A stretch of 35,347 bases of DNA, taken from assembly GCA_013239625.1 (NCBI GenBank), contig MU054098.1, positions 3,039,104 through 3,074,450 on the forward strand. Direction: 5' to 3'. The position numbers and the translations under genes are program-made. Position 1 is the first letter of the stretch, and each line of letters starts with the position of its first letter. The notes below the pieces were generated by a model that was given only the letters and a program-made list of their open reading frames with translations, was not told the DNA's origin and did no database searches. Positions 34,351-35,347 of the stretch are shown one piece after another. This DNA is from Lama guanicoe (lineage: Eukaryota).

Positions 34351-35347
34351 CCCTTTTGACTAGGATGTAGAAATTTATTAAGTGTGGTTGTCTCTCAGCT
34401 AGATAAGGAGACAACAGCTATATGAACTAGGAAATTCAAAACGATTCTTGGGCCCATGCCTCAGAGAGACCAAAAACAAAGTATTCTACCTTGGACAGAG
34501 CTCAAGCATAAAACTGGGGGCAGGACAGGACACTAGAGAGATTTCACCAAGTATCGCATGCATGAAGGGGCCAATATTACATCCAGGGCTCTTCCTGAGA
34601 TCAAGAGAATGGGGATTAAGGCAAATAAGCCCCCTCAAGAGGTTCACTGCGTAGTATAATCCTGGAGTGCTGAAAAGTAATATAAAAGGATTTGGGGAAA
34701 AGAGCTTGTTGTACAAGTTGTCATTAAAATCTACCACAACATCAAGAGCTTACGTTTTTAGGTAGCAACTCTAAATTGGTGTACACACTGGGTAAAACTC
34801 CTGAAGTCAAAACACCTTGCAGAGCCAAATGCATTTTCCGAGAAATACGTGTGGATTAGATAGAAAGGAGCTGACTTCAGAAAAATCACTAAATTTCTAT
34901 CGTGCTAATGGTTGCGGCTTCAAAATCGAAGTTATTTTTTTCAATATGACACAAAGATGTACCACCAGTCATTTTTTGCATGCTGCTCCCTAAGCTATCT
35001 TATCACGTAAGAATTAACTCTAAGAAATCTAACACATCAGGGTACTGTTATCTTGCTTTGAGGGGGATATGTTTGTAAATTCAGAAATGAAACAAGAGCG
35101 TTAGTGAAACACGGCACAAATGCTGCATAATGGGTCTGGAGAGTGAAGACTGAAGGTGCAAGGTTGAGTGGCACCTATCAAATCGAGAAAGTAAAGGAAA
35201 AATGGAATTTTGTGTAAAGGTGAACTTGAAGGAATCGCAGCTTAATCAACAAATTATAAAGATCAACGCATGGATTACAGTATTGATAGGACCGATATAT
35301 GCCATTCGAACTCTTTTCTCCATTACCCACATTATGGAATGGAATTC

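Larger units (their letters stand above)
32230..34460 (+). repeat. Old tandem duplication: ~32230-33280 vs ~33555-34460
   Basis: Collinear matches at offset ~1322-1324 (attggc..aaagtgtggt; aacc.tgg.gatttcag; ttgctgaatttcaa at 32830 and 34152; atttctagctt). Offset falls to ~1177 after the L1 insert in copy A. Confidence 0.85.

Noticed and set aside
34690..34712. Half histone stem-loop (gaaaagagc) on the minus strand
   Set aside because: Only one arm matches; not distinguishable from chance.
1..35347. Prokaryotic-type systems (CRISPR, operons, defence islands)
   Set aside because: The sequence is clearly mammalian; no regularly spaced repeat arrays or bacterial genes seen.

Overview
Mammalian (eutherian) genomic DNA, most likely a camelid: a tRNA-derived Vic-1-type SINE with target-site duplications lies at 30065-30199. 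The gene content matches the X-linked RAB9B / H2B.W locus. Left: RAB9B on the minus strand (201-aa CDS in one exon at 1418-2023; CpG-island promoter and exon 1 at ~7.9-8.6 kb). Middle (~9-29.5 kb): mostly transposon relics (L1, L2, L3/CR1, MIR, MER5, LTRs), including several L1-in-L1 insertions with clear TSDs and one unusually scrambled insertion. Right: an intact, intronless H2B.W-type histone variant gene (31251-31679) with a CRE/CCAAT/TATA promoter and a canonical histone stem-loop plus U7 HDE. Most notable: two (possibly three or four) heavily decayed minus-strand histone H3-derived copies flank H2B.W in an old tandem duplication. The two clearest copies share non-canonical residues, suggesting a lost divergent H3 variant in a fossil X-linked histone mini-cluster. 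All alignments were done by eye; repeat boundaries and subfamily names are approximate.
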